Source: Candidatus Thorarchaeota archaeon (GTDB lineage: Archaea > Asgardarchaeota > Thorarchaeia > Thorarchaeales > Thorarchaeaceae). Taken from it: 64,000 nt of DNA. A model generated the notes under the pieces. That model saw only the letters and a list, made by a program, of their open reading frames with translations. It made no database searches and was not told the origin of the DNA. Positions within the stretch are counted from its first letter, which is position 1; each line of letters begins with the position of its first letter. The position numbers were made by a program, and so were the translations under genes. Below are positions 21,392 through 31,867 of this stretch, piece by piece. The DNA lies in contig CAVSBO010000005.1 in NCBI GenBank assembly GCA_963726195.1, positions 32,001 to 96,000 of the forward strand. Direction: 5' to 3'.

Positions 21392-22438
21392 CTAGACGGG
21401 CCGAGTGGGCATGGGTGCGATGACCCAGCCCGAGTTGTTGTACTTTGTGTCGTTGTAGTCAGTCACGATTCTGTCTAGGAAGAGCTTTCTCACGTCTCTT
21501 ATGCTACGAGCGAAAGACAATCGTGTGTCAAAGCCCATTCTGTGTATCTTACTGAAGTCAACTCGGTACGACCTAGAGTCTTCACGACTAGGCCCAAATG
21601 TCAGCTTCGCATCTCCTACTTGTTTTACCACAAGCTCAGCAAGATCCTTGATGACAATATTGTGGTCATTCGAACCTACGTTGAAGACTGAGTGAGAGAC
21701 TTGGTCAGCGTCAGCCTCCAGGAGTGTGGAGAAGGCTCTGGCCGCGTCTCGTACGTCGAGCAGAGGTCTCCATTGGTTCCCACCAAAAACCTTCACCTCG
21801 TGGTTGAAATGAGCAGTTGCAGTCATCACATTCAGGACTAGGTCGAATCTCATTCTAAATGAGGGGCCGCAAAGGGTTGATAGCCGCATGACGACAGGCT
21901 CGAGACCGCCTTCGGTGCCGAGCAGTGCCTGTTCCGACAGAAGCTTGGTTTCTGCATAGACCGACAGAGGTTTCGTCGGGCTCGATTCTGTGACAATTAC
22001 GTCCTCCATCTCGCCATAAACGCTGCAAGTGGATGCAAAGAGAAACCTTCGAATCCCGTTCGACACTGCGACTTGAGCCAGAAGTTTGGTCGCCCAGTAG
22101 TTCGTCTCAGTTGAAGCGTCTCCGTTCTTCTCACAGGCGGGCACACCTACAATTGCGGCAAGATCTATCACCGCATCAATATCCTTCATCGCTGATGTTA
22201 CATCTTCTACGTGACGTATGTCTCCCTTATGCAACTCGAAATTCGGGTTACCAGCCAGCTCCTTAAGGGATTGATCTCCAAAGATCAGCTTGTCCAGCAC
22301 TCTTACGTAGTGGCCACGTTCAAGAAGGTGCCTGGCAAGTGTTGACCCTAGGTAGCCGGCACCGCCGGTAAGAAGCACTTTCAAATTGATTGAAGCTCCC
22401 GTATTGCGTTCAGTAGTTAGAACCGTCTCCGGCTGCAT
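21392..22438 (-). CDS. NAD-dependent epimerase/dehydratase (likely start TTG at 22384)
   Basis: TGGAGYLG, ASTCSVYG, YAETK (YxxxK), RMRFDLVLN, QWRP. Confidence 0.92.
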   Translation of the reverse strand: MQPETVLTTERNTGASINLKVLLTGGAGYLGSTLARHLLERGHYVRVLDKLIFGDQSLKELAGNPNFELHKGDIRHVEDVTSAMKDIDAVIDLAAIVGVPACEKNGDASTETNYWATKLLAQVAVSNGIRRFLFASTCSVYGEMEDVIVTESSPTKPLSVYAETKLLSEQALLGTEGGLEPVVMRLSTLCGPSFRMRFDLVLNVMTATAHFNHEVKVFGGNQWRPLLDVRDAARAFSTLLEADADQVSHSVFNVGSNDHNIVIKDLAELVVKQVGDAKLTFGPSREDSRSYRVDFSKIHRMGFDTRLSFARSIRDVRKLFLDRIVTDYNDTKYNNSGWVIAPMPTRPV

Positions 22439-22634
22439 TTCCTTTTATACTGTATTATAGGGAATCCTCGCGCCAGAAGGCGCCCATAGAAATGGCCAAG
22501 GATGGTCGCTTTCGGCAAGGGAACGGGTTCTGTGTTCACGCCGGTCGCTGGAATCTCAAAGGTCTGAGACTGAGAGAGCGGACGCTTTAAAACGCCGCAT
22601 TGCAGGCCAGACACTAGCCGAGGTTGATTCACGG

Positions 22635-23762
22635 ATGATACCTTTTGCCAAACCGTACTTCAAACGAGAGTGGCGGCAACGCTTTCTGAAGATTGTCAAT
22701 GAAATACTCGATTCTGGTCAGCTCACCCAAGGTGACAACGTAAAGTCTGTGGAAGAGTGTTTTGCCAACCTTCTTGGTTCAAGGAATGTTGCAGCCACAA
22801 ACTCATGTACAGCATCCCTGCATCTCGCCATGCTCTTGATTGGGATATCAAAAGGCGACGAGGTTATTGTTCCGTCCAATACCTTTGCCGCCACTGCCAA
22901 TGCCGTTGTCTACTGCGGCGGTACGCCAGTGTTCGCCGAGATTGATCCGACGACTCTCAACATCGATCCAAGTCACGTTGCCAAACTTGTCACGGACAAG
23001 ACGAAAGCAATCATACCCGTCCATTTGGGGGGTAATCCTTGCGAGATGAACAGGATACTCGCTGTGGCCGAGAAAGCGGAGATTCCTGTCGTCGAAGACT
23101 GCGCGCACGCACATGGGGCGTACTACCAAGGAAAGCCTTGTGGCGCCTTCGGAGAGTATGCATGCTTCTCATTCTATCCTACTAAGGTGATTGCTGGCCC
23201 CGAGGGAGGGCTGCTTGTTACCGCCAACAAGGATGCTGATGCTCGAGGACGGGTTCTGTTGAATCAAGGACGAGGCGGGTTCGGCCCTCTAGAGATATCC
23301 GAAATCGGCTACAACTACAGAATGAACGAGTTTCAGGCGGCCTTGATAAGAGTACAAATGGAGAGTCTCAAGGAGATTGTCGAGAAACGAACAGAACTCG
23401 TTCAAAGATATCGCAGAAACTTATCACGTACCAAACTTGTGACCATTCCGAAAGCAACGCCCGATTCCAAGCCGTCTTATTATTCGTTCACGGTCCTGAT
23501 CAACAATGTGGATAGGGACGCGGCGAGGGACAAGATGACAGAGGCAGGAATTGGGACGAGCATAATGTACCATCCAGTTCATCTTCAGCCTATCTATAAG
23601 CAGATGTTCGGGTACCAACCCGGAAGCCTACCGATAACAGAGGACGTTTGCTCCAAGATTCTCTGCCTACCTTTGCATGTGGGCCTGACGCAATCCGAGG
23701 TGGACTCGGTGTGTGAAAAGCTCTTGTCCTCGATTGAGGAACTGGCGAAGCAAAGAGGGTAG
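22635..23762 (+). CDS. DegT/DnrJ/EryC1/StrS sugar aminotransferase
   Basis: EDCAHAHG, FSFYPTK (PLP lysine), EGG, GYNYRM. Confidence 0.95.
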   Translation: MIPFAKPYFKREWRQRFLKIVNEILDSGQLTQGDNVKSVEECFANLLGSRNVAATNSCTASLHLAMLLIGISKGDEVIVPSNTFAATANAVVYCGGTPVFAEIDPTTLNIDPSHVAKLVTDKTKAIIPVHLGGNPCEMNRILAVAEKAEIPVVEDCAHAHGAYYQGKPCGAFGEYACFSFYPTKVIAGPEGGLLVTANKDADARGRVLLNQGRGGFGPLEISEIGYNYRMNEFQAALIRVQMESLKEIVEKRTELVQRYRRNLSRTKLVTIPKATPDSKPSYYSFTVLINNVDRDAARDKMTEAGIGTSIMYHPVHLQPIYKQMFGYQPGSLPITEDVCSKILCLPLHVGLTQSEVDSVCEKLLSSIEELAKQRG

Positions 23763-23785
23763 GACTGGAAGTCGGAAGAACCAGG

Positions 23786-24943
23786 GTGGCGATCTTGAGG
23801 GTCCTTCTTGTCTGCGACCATTTTCCCACATACGGAGCCAAATCAGTGGCATTTCTGGCCTCGGCACTGATGAGGAAGGGAAACCAAGTTGTGATTGCAT
23901 CAACAAGCGTGGGTATTAAGGGGGAATCTCTGTTGAGCGCCGAATCGCCGTGCGAAGTTGCACGGTTTCCTTCAGTCGCGGTGCCAAGTGCACCCTACAC
24001 CTACACCCCTCTCGCTCAGCAGAATTTGGCAGCGTTGGCCAAGCGATTCCGACCTGACATCATTCACACGCAGTTCATGATGTACTGGCTCAGCCTTGCA
24101 TCGTTCTCTCTAGCTGGCCCTCGCTTACCCTTGGTTATCACTCTGCATGGATTCACGCTCCCGAACGAGCCTTCAGATCCTATAGGCCGACTAGCTTTGC
24201 ACGGTTTGTACAGTACGATGGGAGCCAGACTTCTCCATCGATCTTCGGCCATCGTCTGTGTGTCAGAAGAAGTGCGCAGGAAGATGTCCCTTGTTTATCC
24301 TGGATTCGAATCCCGCGCCAGAGTACTGCCGATTGGAATCGATCCTGAGTTTCTTGACTCGACCAAGACTAGCTCACGGGAGTCAGTTCGTATGCAGACG
24401 CAATCCGATGGCAAGACGGTGTTCATCTTTCTTGGAAGGGTCGTACCAGACAAGGGGATCATCGAGCTCTCCGAAGCCTTCAGGAGCCTTCGTATGAGAA
24501 GATCGGACGTTTCTCTTTTTGTGGTCGGCGATGGAAGCGGACTGCCGATCATGAAGCGCCTTCTGAAGGACGTTCCTGATGTTCATTTCTTCGGTTTCCA
24601 TTCAGATGTGGGGACCTACCTTAGCGCAGCTGATGTCTTGGTCCTGCCATCGTATCGAGAAGGTTTTTCCACGGCTCTGATGGAAGCGATGTACTACCGT
24701 CTGCCGTTTGTGGCAACTCCAGTGGGTTCCGCACGTGATTTGGTGCGCTCCGGAGTTAAAGGGGTCTTGGTCAAGGTCAAAGAGTCGTCAGACCTCCTTG
24801 ATGGAATGGCTCAACTAGCTGGAGATGATTCCAAAGAGCTGCACTCATGGGGAGATCAGAACCGGCGTCTCATCATGGAGCGCTTCACATGGGATACAAT
24901 AGTGAACTCATTGTTGACGGTCTATCAGGAAGTTCTATATTGA
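23786..24943 (+). CDS. GT4 glycosyltransferase
   Basis: FLGRVVPDKG, PSYREGFSTALMEAM. Confidence 0.9.
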   Translation: MAILRVLLVCDHFPTYGAKSVAFLASALMRKGNQVVIASTSVGIKGESLLSAESPCEVARFPSVAVPSAPYTYTPLAQQNLAALAKRFRPDIIHTQFMMYWLSLASFSLAGPRLPLVITLHGFTLPNEPSDPIGRLALHGLYSTMGARLLHRSSAIVCVSEEVRRKMSLVYPGFESRARVLPIGIDPEFLDSTKTSSRESVRMQTQSDGKTVFIFLGRVVPDKGIIELSEAFRSLRMRRSDVSLFVVGDGSGLPIMKRLLKDVPDVHFFGFHSDVGTYLSAADVLVLPSYREGFSTALMEAMYYRLPFVATPVGSARDLVRSGVKGVLVKVKESSDLLDGMAQLAGDDSKELHSWGDQNRRLIMERFTWDTIVNSLLTVYQEVLY

Positions 24944-24975
24944 GGTAGTCTTAGTCCAATAACCGGCGTCCGCGA

Positions 24976-25974
24976 TTGAGTCTGAAAGTCATCGAGCTTG
25001 ACGAAATATCAGAAGAGGATTTTGCGAGCTTGCGCTCCTCAGTGAGGGTCAAGACCGAAGAGCATCTTTCGGACTGGGCAGACGATCGAAAGCTCATGAC
25101 CTACGAACTGAATTCTCTTCGGATAGGGCTAGCTTCGGGCACGAGCGTTGTCGGAGCTCGTCTATCTGGCAAGCTCATAGGTCTGGCAGCAGTTTCAAAG
25201 CTTGCTTTTGACACCGAGTTCTTTCAGTTCCCGATGGGCCGAATTGCACCATTGATGTTGTCGGACAACATTGCCTTGGAACAAAGAGGAATTGTTACAA
25301 AAAGAATCGTGGAAAAGACACTGTTGCGAGCAAAAAAGGAGGGCATGAAACAACTGACTCTTCGAGTTCCTCCCCGAGACTATGATATCATCCAGACATG
25401 TATGAGGATGAATTTCGACTTCGTCGACGTCTTGGTCACATATGCAATCGACATGAAGAAGGCGGATGAAGCCAAGATGTCCCCTCCGGCGGACTTTGTA
25501 GTGCGGACTAAACTCGAAGATGATCTCCAGCCACTCATGAGAATCGCTCAGAGCTCTTTTGTTAAGGATCGATTTCATGCGGACAAGCGTTTCAACCAGG
25601 ATAAGGCTGACCAGTTTCACTCGAAGTGGATTTACAATTCGTTGACTGGCGTTGCTGCTGACGAGGTTATCGTGGCTGAGGTTGACGGAAAACCTGCAGG
25701 CTTTACGACTCTGAAACTCAACCGTGAGTTGTCTGATGCAATTGGCATCAGAAGCGGCTCAATGATTCTATCAGCCGTAGATGACTCATTGCGGGGTCGC
25801 GGGATCTACAGACATATGATAGCTGGCGGGCTGCGCTGGTTCAAAGGCAAGTCTGACGTTGTGGATCTAGGCACTCAGATTGACAATCTTCCCGTGCAAA
25901 GAGCATGGTGCGGGCTCGGTTTCAAACCGGCCGCACACCTAGTCACGATGCATTGGTGGGATATTGGTTCTTGA
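24976..25974 (+). CDS. WecD-like NDP-4-amino-sugar N-acetyltransferase (GNAT)
   Basis: FDTEFF, DRFHADKRF, AVDDSLRGRG, GTQIDNLPVQRAW..LGF. Confidence 0.75.
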   Translation: MSLKVIELDEISEEDFASLRSSVRVKTEEHLSDWADDRKLMTYELNSLRIGLASGTSVVGARLSGKLIGLAAVSKLAFDTEFFQFPMGRIAPLMLSDNIALEQRGIVTKRIVEKTLLRAKKEGMKQLTLRVPPRDYDIIQTCMRMNFDFVDVLVTYAIDMKKADEAKMSPPADFVVRTKLEDDLQPLMRIAQSSFVKDRFHADKRFNQDKADQFHSKWIYNSLTGVAADEVIVAEVDGKPAGFTTLKLNRELSDAIGIRSGSMILSAVDDSLRGRGIYRHMIAGGLRWFKGKSDVVDLGTQIDNLPVQRAWCGLGFKPAAHLVTMHWWDIGS

Positions 25975-26732
25975 ATCAGACCACTCATTCCAAACCTCTC
26001 ATCCTGATTCCGTCGTACGACGAGGAATCAAACTTGCCTGGAACGTTATCATCACTTCTAGATGTTGTGCCGCGTGACAACGTGCTCGTTATTGATGATG
26101 GTTCAACTGACAGGACTGCTATACTGGCACAAGAGGCCGGAGTCAATCTGCTGAGGAATCCCAAGAACATCGGTAGGAATAGAGCAGTTGTGAGGGGTCT
26201 ACGCTGGGGGCTTGAACGAGGATACTCGTTCTTCATCTGCGTCGATGCAGATGGTCAGCACTCAGTTAAGGAGATACCACGGATTGTGCAACGCTTCGCC
26301 ACCTCTCCGAGTCCCGATTGTGTCATAATGTCACGCTTCACCGTGACTACTCAGCTCAGGGCTGTCCCGAAGGTCGATGCTCTAGGAATACTCGTGAGTT
26401 CCTTCTTGGTGTCATTGGGCGCAAAGTGTCACATCTCCGACCCAACCACTGGCTTCATTGCCTTTTCTCCGCGGGCTGCACGGTGTCTGGTCCAATATGC
26501 CGGATTTCTACGCTCTGTTGTAAGTGACAACACATGGGCGATGGCACAGTATCCTCTGTTTGCTAGAAAGGGTCTCTCCATTGAGGAGCTGAGCACTCAC
26601 CATATCCCGCGCAAGTCTGGAAAAAGAAAGATGTTTTCACCAACCAAGCGCCTATCGTACCCGTTTAGATTGGTTGGCGCATTTCTTGCTGTACAACTAA
26701 CTCTGGCGAGACTCTCAGACGACATCTCATGA
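25971..26732 (+). CDS. GT2 glycosyltransferase
   Basis: IPSYDEE, DDGSTD, DADGQH, DPTTGF; TTG start overlaps the upstream stop. Confidence 0.88.
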   Translation: MNQTTHSKPLILIPSYDEESNLPGTLSSLLDVVPRDNVLVIDDGSTDRTAILAQEAGVNLLRNPKNIGRNRAVVRGLRWGLERGYSFFICVDADGQHSVKEIPRIVQRFATSPSPDCVIMSRFTVTTQLRAVPKVDALGILVSSFLVSLGAKCHISDPTTGFIAFSPRAARCLVQYAGFLRSVVSDNTWAMAQYPLFARKGLSIEELSTHHIPRKSGKRKMFSPTKRLSYPFRLVGAFLAVQLTLARLSDDIS

Positions 26733-26741
26733 GAATACGGG

Positions 26742-27954
26742 CTACACCGAATTGGGCTGCAGATCACCTCTGTGGGTTTTTGGATGACGCAGCCGCCCTA
26801 CGAGATAAACCAGCAGGACTACGGCATACCACGTCATGACAGTAATCAGTTGAGTTATAGGAGTTGGCATGTTAACTGGCCAAATCTGACCTGGAAGTGG
26901 AAGCAATCTAAGATCCAAGGGAACCACGAAAGGCAGAATACAAAGTAAGAATATCAAAGGGTGCGGTATTCGTAGTCTATCGGATATCTTTTCCATACCG
27001 CAAGCACTGAATGCGATCATCGGGACAAACCCAAGAACCAAGAGCCTGTCGATATTGCTGGCAAGGAGAAGTTGAGCATAAACTCCGAGAAGAAAAAGAA
27101 GAAATGGAGTACGAAGACTACTCTTCTTTGCCAAGCCGATGACTGCAAGTGTAATAACAAGGATTGACCAAGTTCCTAAGCTCATTCTTGTTGCCTGCTC
27201 AAGGGGATCCTCAGTGGCCCGCAGAAGCAGGATTTGCTGAATCCAAGAAACCTGAAACGGTGCGCCACCTTCTGGTGGGTATGTCATCCTGAAAAGGAAA
27301 TACAGAACGAGAGTTGGCGCTATTGCAGAGAGTCCGTTCCTTATCCATTTGGCGCCGTCTTGACGGGGGAGGTAGGTTAGAAATGGAATGATACAAAGAA
27401 GCACAGACTCTTTCACGAGTGAACCGATAAGTAGCAGAGCTCCAAAAGAGACTGTTCTACGCTCAATTGTAGTCAAGTACATGCCTACAACAAACGCAAA
27501 AGCGGCCGAATCCGTCAGCCAGAAATCCCATATATTGAATGAGGATAGAGGTTCCAGTGAGTACAACAGAAAGAGGGAAGCCAATCCAATTCCGTGTGAG
27601 ATTCCGATACAACGCAGGAAGTAGTACAGCAAGACGCCGGTAGCAATCAAACTAAGGAGAGCTACTGCTCTAAAGCAGAATTCAGCACCAAACGGGAGAA
27701 GCCAGACAAGGGTAGGGACTGCTATTCTGTAGCAGAGGGGCGCCAAGTGAATTGTGAAGGGTGACAGTGCCATCTGCAGATAGTAATAGTGATCCCACTC
27801 CATGTAGAAAACTGGATTGGGTGGAACGAGAGCAGGGTTACGGATAACGAGAATCAAGACACAGCAAGAGGCCACTACTAACGACGATACCAGCTGTACT
27901 CGTGTTGTCTGCTGCGGATGAAGCTCTAGATTCTCGTGGCTCAGAATCTGTCAC
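26742..27954 (-). CDS. GT-C-like multi-pass membrane protein; N-terminus (GTG 27954) separated by a frameshift at about 27880
   Basis: WDHYYYLQMA, APLCYRI, LVKES and DRLLV motifs; AGGA just upstream of GTG 27954. Confidence 0.6.
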
Positions 27955-28445
27955 TCCTACACAATGGAAGACACAAAGCCGCCTTGTAGACAGTCTTAGA
28001 AGGATTTCGGGACAAGAATATCGTTTGTATGTCGCGCATAATGACCCAAGGAAGAACAGAGCACCGGTAATACTCTCTCAACCAAAGCGATTGGGACGGG
28101 GAATATGAATCTGGCATCGATTGGCGTGTATCACAACAGTGAGTAGTCCGCGGCAAGACTTAGAGATCTTCACCGTGTTCGAGGTTATTGGTGAACCAGG
28201 AACCGACACGAATACCGCTTTCTTCAATGACGTGCAAAACTCGACGTCATTCGATTTCAGCAGATTGGATTTTGCGATCGCTGATATCGCTATCCTCCTT
28301 ATCCTGAGAATCGATGCCCTGCATGTTCACCAATTCGATACTCCAACTAACATCGGAACCGGAAACCTCTGTCGGACGTCCATATGAATCGAAGGAAATC
28401 GATGTCGCACTTCCACTTCTGGGAGACCGGAGAAGTCTTGATGCC

Positions 28446-28669
28446 TTACGTTCCGTTGTAAGTGACAATACATGGGCTATGGGGCAATACCCACTGGTCA
28501 CGAGGCACGGGCTTTCCATTGTGGAGTGGGGTTTCATTATATTCCGCAGACATCCGGAAAGAGGAAGATGTTCTCGCCCTCGGAGCGGCTCTTGTACCCC
28601 CTAAAACTGCTGCGGGCTTTTCTTGCCGTCAGGTTAACCCTGACGAGACTCTCTTGTGCCAGCAGCTGA
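28446..28669 (+). pseudogene. 3' remnant of a paralog of the GT2 at 25971-26732
   Basis: LRSVVSDNTWAMGQYPL...SGKRKMFSP matches the GT2 C-terminus; one frameshift; 5' part missing. Confidence 0.85.
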
Positions 28670-28870
28670 GGCTGTTGGAACAGTGAAGCTCAGTGGAACT
28701 GGACACTCTATCGCTTCAAGCTTGAAACCGGTCTCCCGACATTGAAAGTGGTAGAAACAGAGATATGGCGACGCTTGAACCCACACTTAGTGAATTGCTG
28801 GGGTTGACAAGCTGTTGCGCACGAATCCAAGATATGCTGCGGCAAACGCCACCAGAGGAGGTCGTTCCGA

Positions 28871-30064
28871 TTGAATCAGTCTAGGCGTCCGATTAGAGTG
28901 GGGCTGATATCCACTAGAGTCTTCCCCGACCGTGGAGGACCTGCCAATCACGTGTTCAACCTATCTATGAACCTGAGTTCTCAAGGGGTTTCGAATTTCA
29001 TTGTTGCTTGCAGGCCAGAGCAAGGTGTACCAAAGGGGCTCGCTCAGCGATTCTGCGGACTCCCGATTAGAGCTCCCAATCAAGGCGGCCTGATTACACT
29101 CACTTTGTTCTCATTCGCATACTTGGTCCTAGGGATTGCATCATGTACAGGACACTTTCTGCGTGCGAAGGTCGACATCGTTCACGCTCAGAGCCCTGCT
29201 ATATCCGGAATTGTCGGGATTGTCGTATCAGGCATCTTGCGAAAGCCTCTGATATACACGGTTCATGGCCTTGCCGGACCTAGGCAACCTTGGTCCAAGA
29301 ACGGAGGCAGTATCGTACAGCAGACTGCCGAAACATGTGTCCTGCGCCGGGCCAAGGTGGTCCTTCTTGTTTCATCTGATTACGAGCAACCAGTCAGAAA
29401 CCTTGCTCCAAGAGTGAGCATGGCAAACATCGGAAACGGGGTGGATATTGAGCTATTTCACCCCTGCGCAAACCCGGCTGACCGAGAGAGCATTCGGAAA
29501 TACCTTGGGATTCCCGCTGACACGGTCGTGATGGTCTGGGTGGGTAACTTCGACCTACAAGAGAAGGTCATGGGTGTGATTGATATGATTCATGCCTTAA
29601 ACATCGTAGTCAACACTGTTGCGGCCTCGTGTTTGTTGCTGTTAGTTGGCAGCGGTGCGGCCTCTGTGTCTGTCGAGCGGCTCGTGGTGGACGGGGGCCT
29701 GTCGGATTCCATCAGGTTCTTGGGCTACAGAAAGGATGTAAGAAACATCCTCCAAGCAGCGGACATATTCACACTGGTTTCTCATCACGAGGGCTCCCCA
29801 AACGCACTGCTTGAGGCTATGGCTGTTGGGTTGCCATGCGTCGTGACCAGCGTTGGTGGTATGCCGCAGATTGTTGGAGATGCTGGGTGTCTAGTTGAGG
29901 TGGGGCAGATACAGAAGATTGCATCCGAACTAGTCAGACTCACGAGCGACTCTTCGTATCGGGCCCAGCTGTCACGACGGGCTAGGGCCCGCGCTCTGAA
30001 TCATCTATCGTGGTATCGGGTGGCCGCAGACACGATCCGAATCTACTCACGGGCGGTTGTATAG
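28871..30064 (+). CDS. GT4 glycosyltransferase
   Basis: FPDRGG, NGVD, SHHEGSPNALLEAMAVGLP. Confidence 0.92.
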   Translation: MNQSRRPIRVGLISTRVFPDRGGPANHVFNLSMNLSSQGVSNFIVACRPEQGVPKGLAQRFCGLPIRAPNQGGLITLTLFSFAYLVLGIASCTGHFLRAKVDIVHAQSPAISGIVGIVVSGILRKPLIYTVHGLAGPRQPWSKNGGSIVQQTAETCVLRRAKVVLLVSSDYEQPVRNLAPRVSMANIGNGVDIELFHPCANPADRESIRKYLGIPADTVVMVWVGNFDLQEKVMGVIDMIHALNIVVNTVAASCLLLLVGSGAASVSVERLVVDGGLSDSIRFLGYRKDVRNILQAADIFTLVSHHEGSPNALLEAMAVGLPCVVTSVGGMPQIVGDAGCLVEVGQIQKIASELVRLTSDSSYRAQLSRRARARALNHLSWYRVAADTIRIYSRAVV

Positions 30065-30160
30065 TACGACATATACACCAGCGTTGTTGTAGACCTCTGC
30101 GTGTCCTGATGCTGCGAGATTCCCGTACAGAGGTTCCTGCACCCGACCATCAAGACCACC
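30047..30160 (-). pseudogene. 3' remnant of a paralog of the 37208-38959 membrane protein
   Basis: Translates to EPLYGNLAASGHAEVYNNAGVYVVLYNRP* versus EPLYQYLIAAGNLEVYNNAGMSVVLYNRL*. Confidence 0.8.
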
Positions 30161-30211
30161 GGACCACCTCATTAGTCAAGAGCATAAATCCGGCAGTGGC
30201 AGCCCGGCTTC

Positions 30212-31819
30212 TTATGACTGTTGCCGAGCCCGTTTTGTCTTAGTCGTGGTTCTCCTTGCAATCGGCAGGAGGATTTTCACCATTACGAGGACAGGCACGT
30301 ACAATAGCCCCGTCCCACGATACGAGTCACGAAGTTGCTCTAGGAAGCTTGGACTGACAGTTCTAGTCAGGGCTAGCATCAACACGTAGACTGCTGTCGA
30401 CAAGGCGATAATCAGGATACCCTCCACAACCCAATGCGTCTGTGGCAGGAATCTGACGATCTGTGGCGCGACAAGATAGGCAGTCAGGCCGCACAAGATG
30501 ATGCCGGGTATCTTCCTGGGTAACGTGATGCCGAACCTTCTTCTCACCCAAATCTCACCTGCCAACAGACCAACGAGTCCTCCGGCGATATACGAGAACA
30601 GAAATGCGAGAATGCCCATCAGCGGAGCCCACAGGACACCTAGAGACAAAACAACGGCAAGGTTCAGTATTGACATCCCTGTTTCTCTGGAGGGGACACC
30701 CTGCCCTTTCAATAGGCCGCCAATCGCGAGGCTGCCGAGCGCGGTTCCAATGAATGACATCAGGTAAATCGGCAGGTATTCCACAGCGAGGTAATGGCCG
30801 GTACCAAACAGGGATTGAATAGCGAAAAGCGGCACTGCTGCAATGATGAATATCGCCGGGGTCATGAAGATCGCAACCTGTGCTGCCGTGTCTTGGAACA
30901 CCCGTTTCAATGTCACAGAGTCCTTCTCAGGGTCCAGCTTGGAGAACAGCGGAAAGAGTGTGTCCGCAAAAGGGGCCGATACAACCCAGAGGACGGTCGC
31001 ATAGGTCGCCACTACATTGAACTCGCCTATCTCCCCAAGTGTGACAAAGACTGGCAGTACCAGATTGACTGCTGGGACCATGGAATTGAGAAGCATTGAT
31101 GAGAAGGAAACTGGGAACCCATACGACACCATTTGTCTTAGCAGGGAATGACTCTCATCAGGCCCAGAATTCATTCCTGAACTACCAACCACACTTCGCA
31201 TTGTGCCTGCGATGTTGATGACGTTCAGCAAAGAAGATGTGAACGAGGCTATCACAAAACATGCCATCGCACCGGACACACCAAGTCCTATGTAAACCGC
31301 GACCGGGGCTCCTATGCTTCTGACTAAGGTCTGAATGATGATAGAAGCACTGGCTGCCCGCATCTTTTCGAAACCCAAGAGCACTGACAGAGTCACGTTG
31401 AAGAGGCTGCTCGCCAAGATCCCAAGTGCTGCGATTCTGAAGACAGGTGCGTACTGCATGTCGCTCAACAACACGAACGTTACTGGGTCCGCCACGAGGT
31501 ATACAGCAATTGAAGACACGATGCCTGTCGCTGCGACAGCTCTCAGTGCAGTTCTGACAGAGTTCCTGACGAAGGCCTTCTGCTCTTGAGCAGTTCCTCG
31601 TGCGACGAAGTATATGCTTGCGCCGCTGAGGCCGAGGTCTGCTACCAATGACAGGATAAATGGCAGAGCCCAAGCCACATTCAAGGCGCCGTAGTCAGAC
31701 GCCCCTAGGCTTCTCACCAGAAGTATCGTGCCAATGAAGGATATTACTGAAGCCGAAAGTCTGCCCGAAACCAACGTGGAGGCGTTCCTTGCGACAGACT
31801 TTCGCAGTTCTCTCTCCAA
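30212..31819 (-). CDS. Wzx-type oligosaccharide flippase
   Basis: RSLGASDYG, ADLGL, LFPLFS; about 14 TM segments. Confidence 0.88.
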   Translation of the reverse strand: MERELRKSVARNASTLVSGRLSASVISFIGTILLVRSLGASDYGALNVAWALPFILSLVADLGLSGASIYFVARGTAQEQKAFVRNSVRTALRAVAATGIVSSIAVYLVADPVTFVLLSDMQYAPVFRIAALGILASSLFNVTLSVLLGFEKMRAASASIIIQTLVRSIGAPVAVYIGLGVSGAMACFVIASFTSSLLNVINIAGTMRSVVGSSGMNSGPDESHSLLRQMVSYGFPVSFSSMLLNSMVPAVNLVLPVFVTLGEIGEFNVVATYATVLWVVSAPFADTLFPLFSKLDPEKDSVTLKRVFQDTAAQVAIFMTPAIFIIAAVPLFAIQSLFGTGHYLAVEYLPIYLMSFIGTALGSLAIGGLLKGQGVPSRETGMSILNLAVVLSLGVLWAPLMGILAFLFSYIAGGLVGLLAGEIWVRRRFGITLPRKIPGIILCGLTAYLVAPQIVRFLPQTHWVVEGILIIALSTAVYVLMLALTRTVSPSFLEQLRDSYRGTGLLYVPVLVMVKILLPIARRTTTKTKRARQQS

Positions 31820-31867
31820 GAATGTACCTTCGGTTGTTGAGTTACGATTCCTGATTTAGAAGCTGCT

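Noticed and set aside
28098-28387. Possible remnant of a B12-radical SAM gene (GI-ESG, VIGEPG)
   Set aside because: Similarity is too weak and fragmentary to call without a search.
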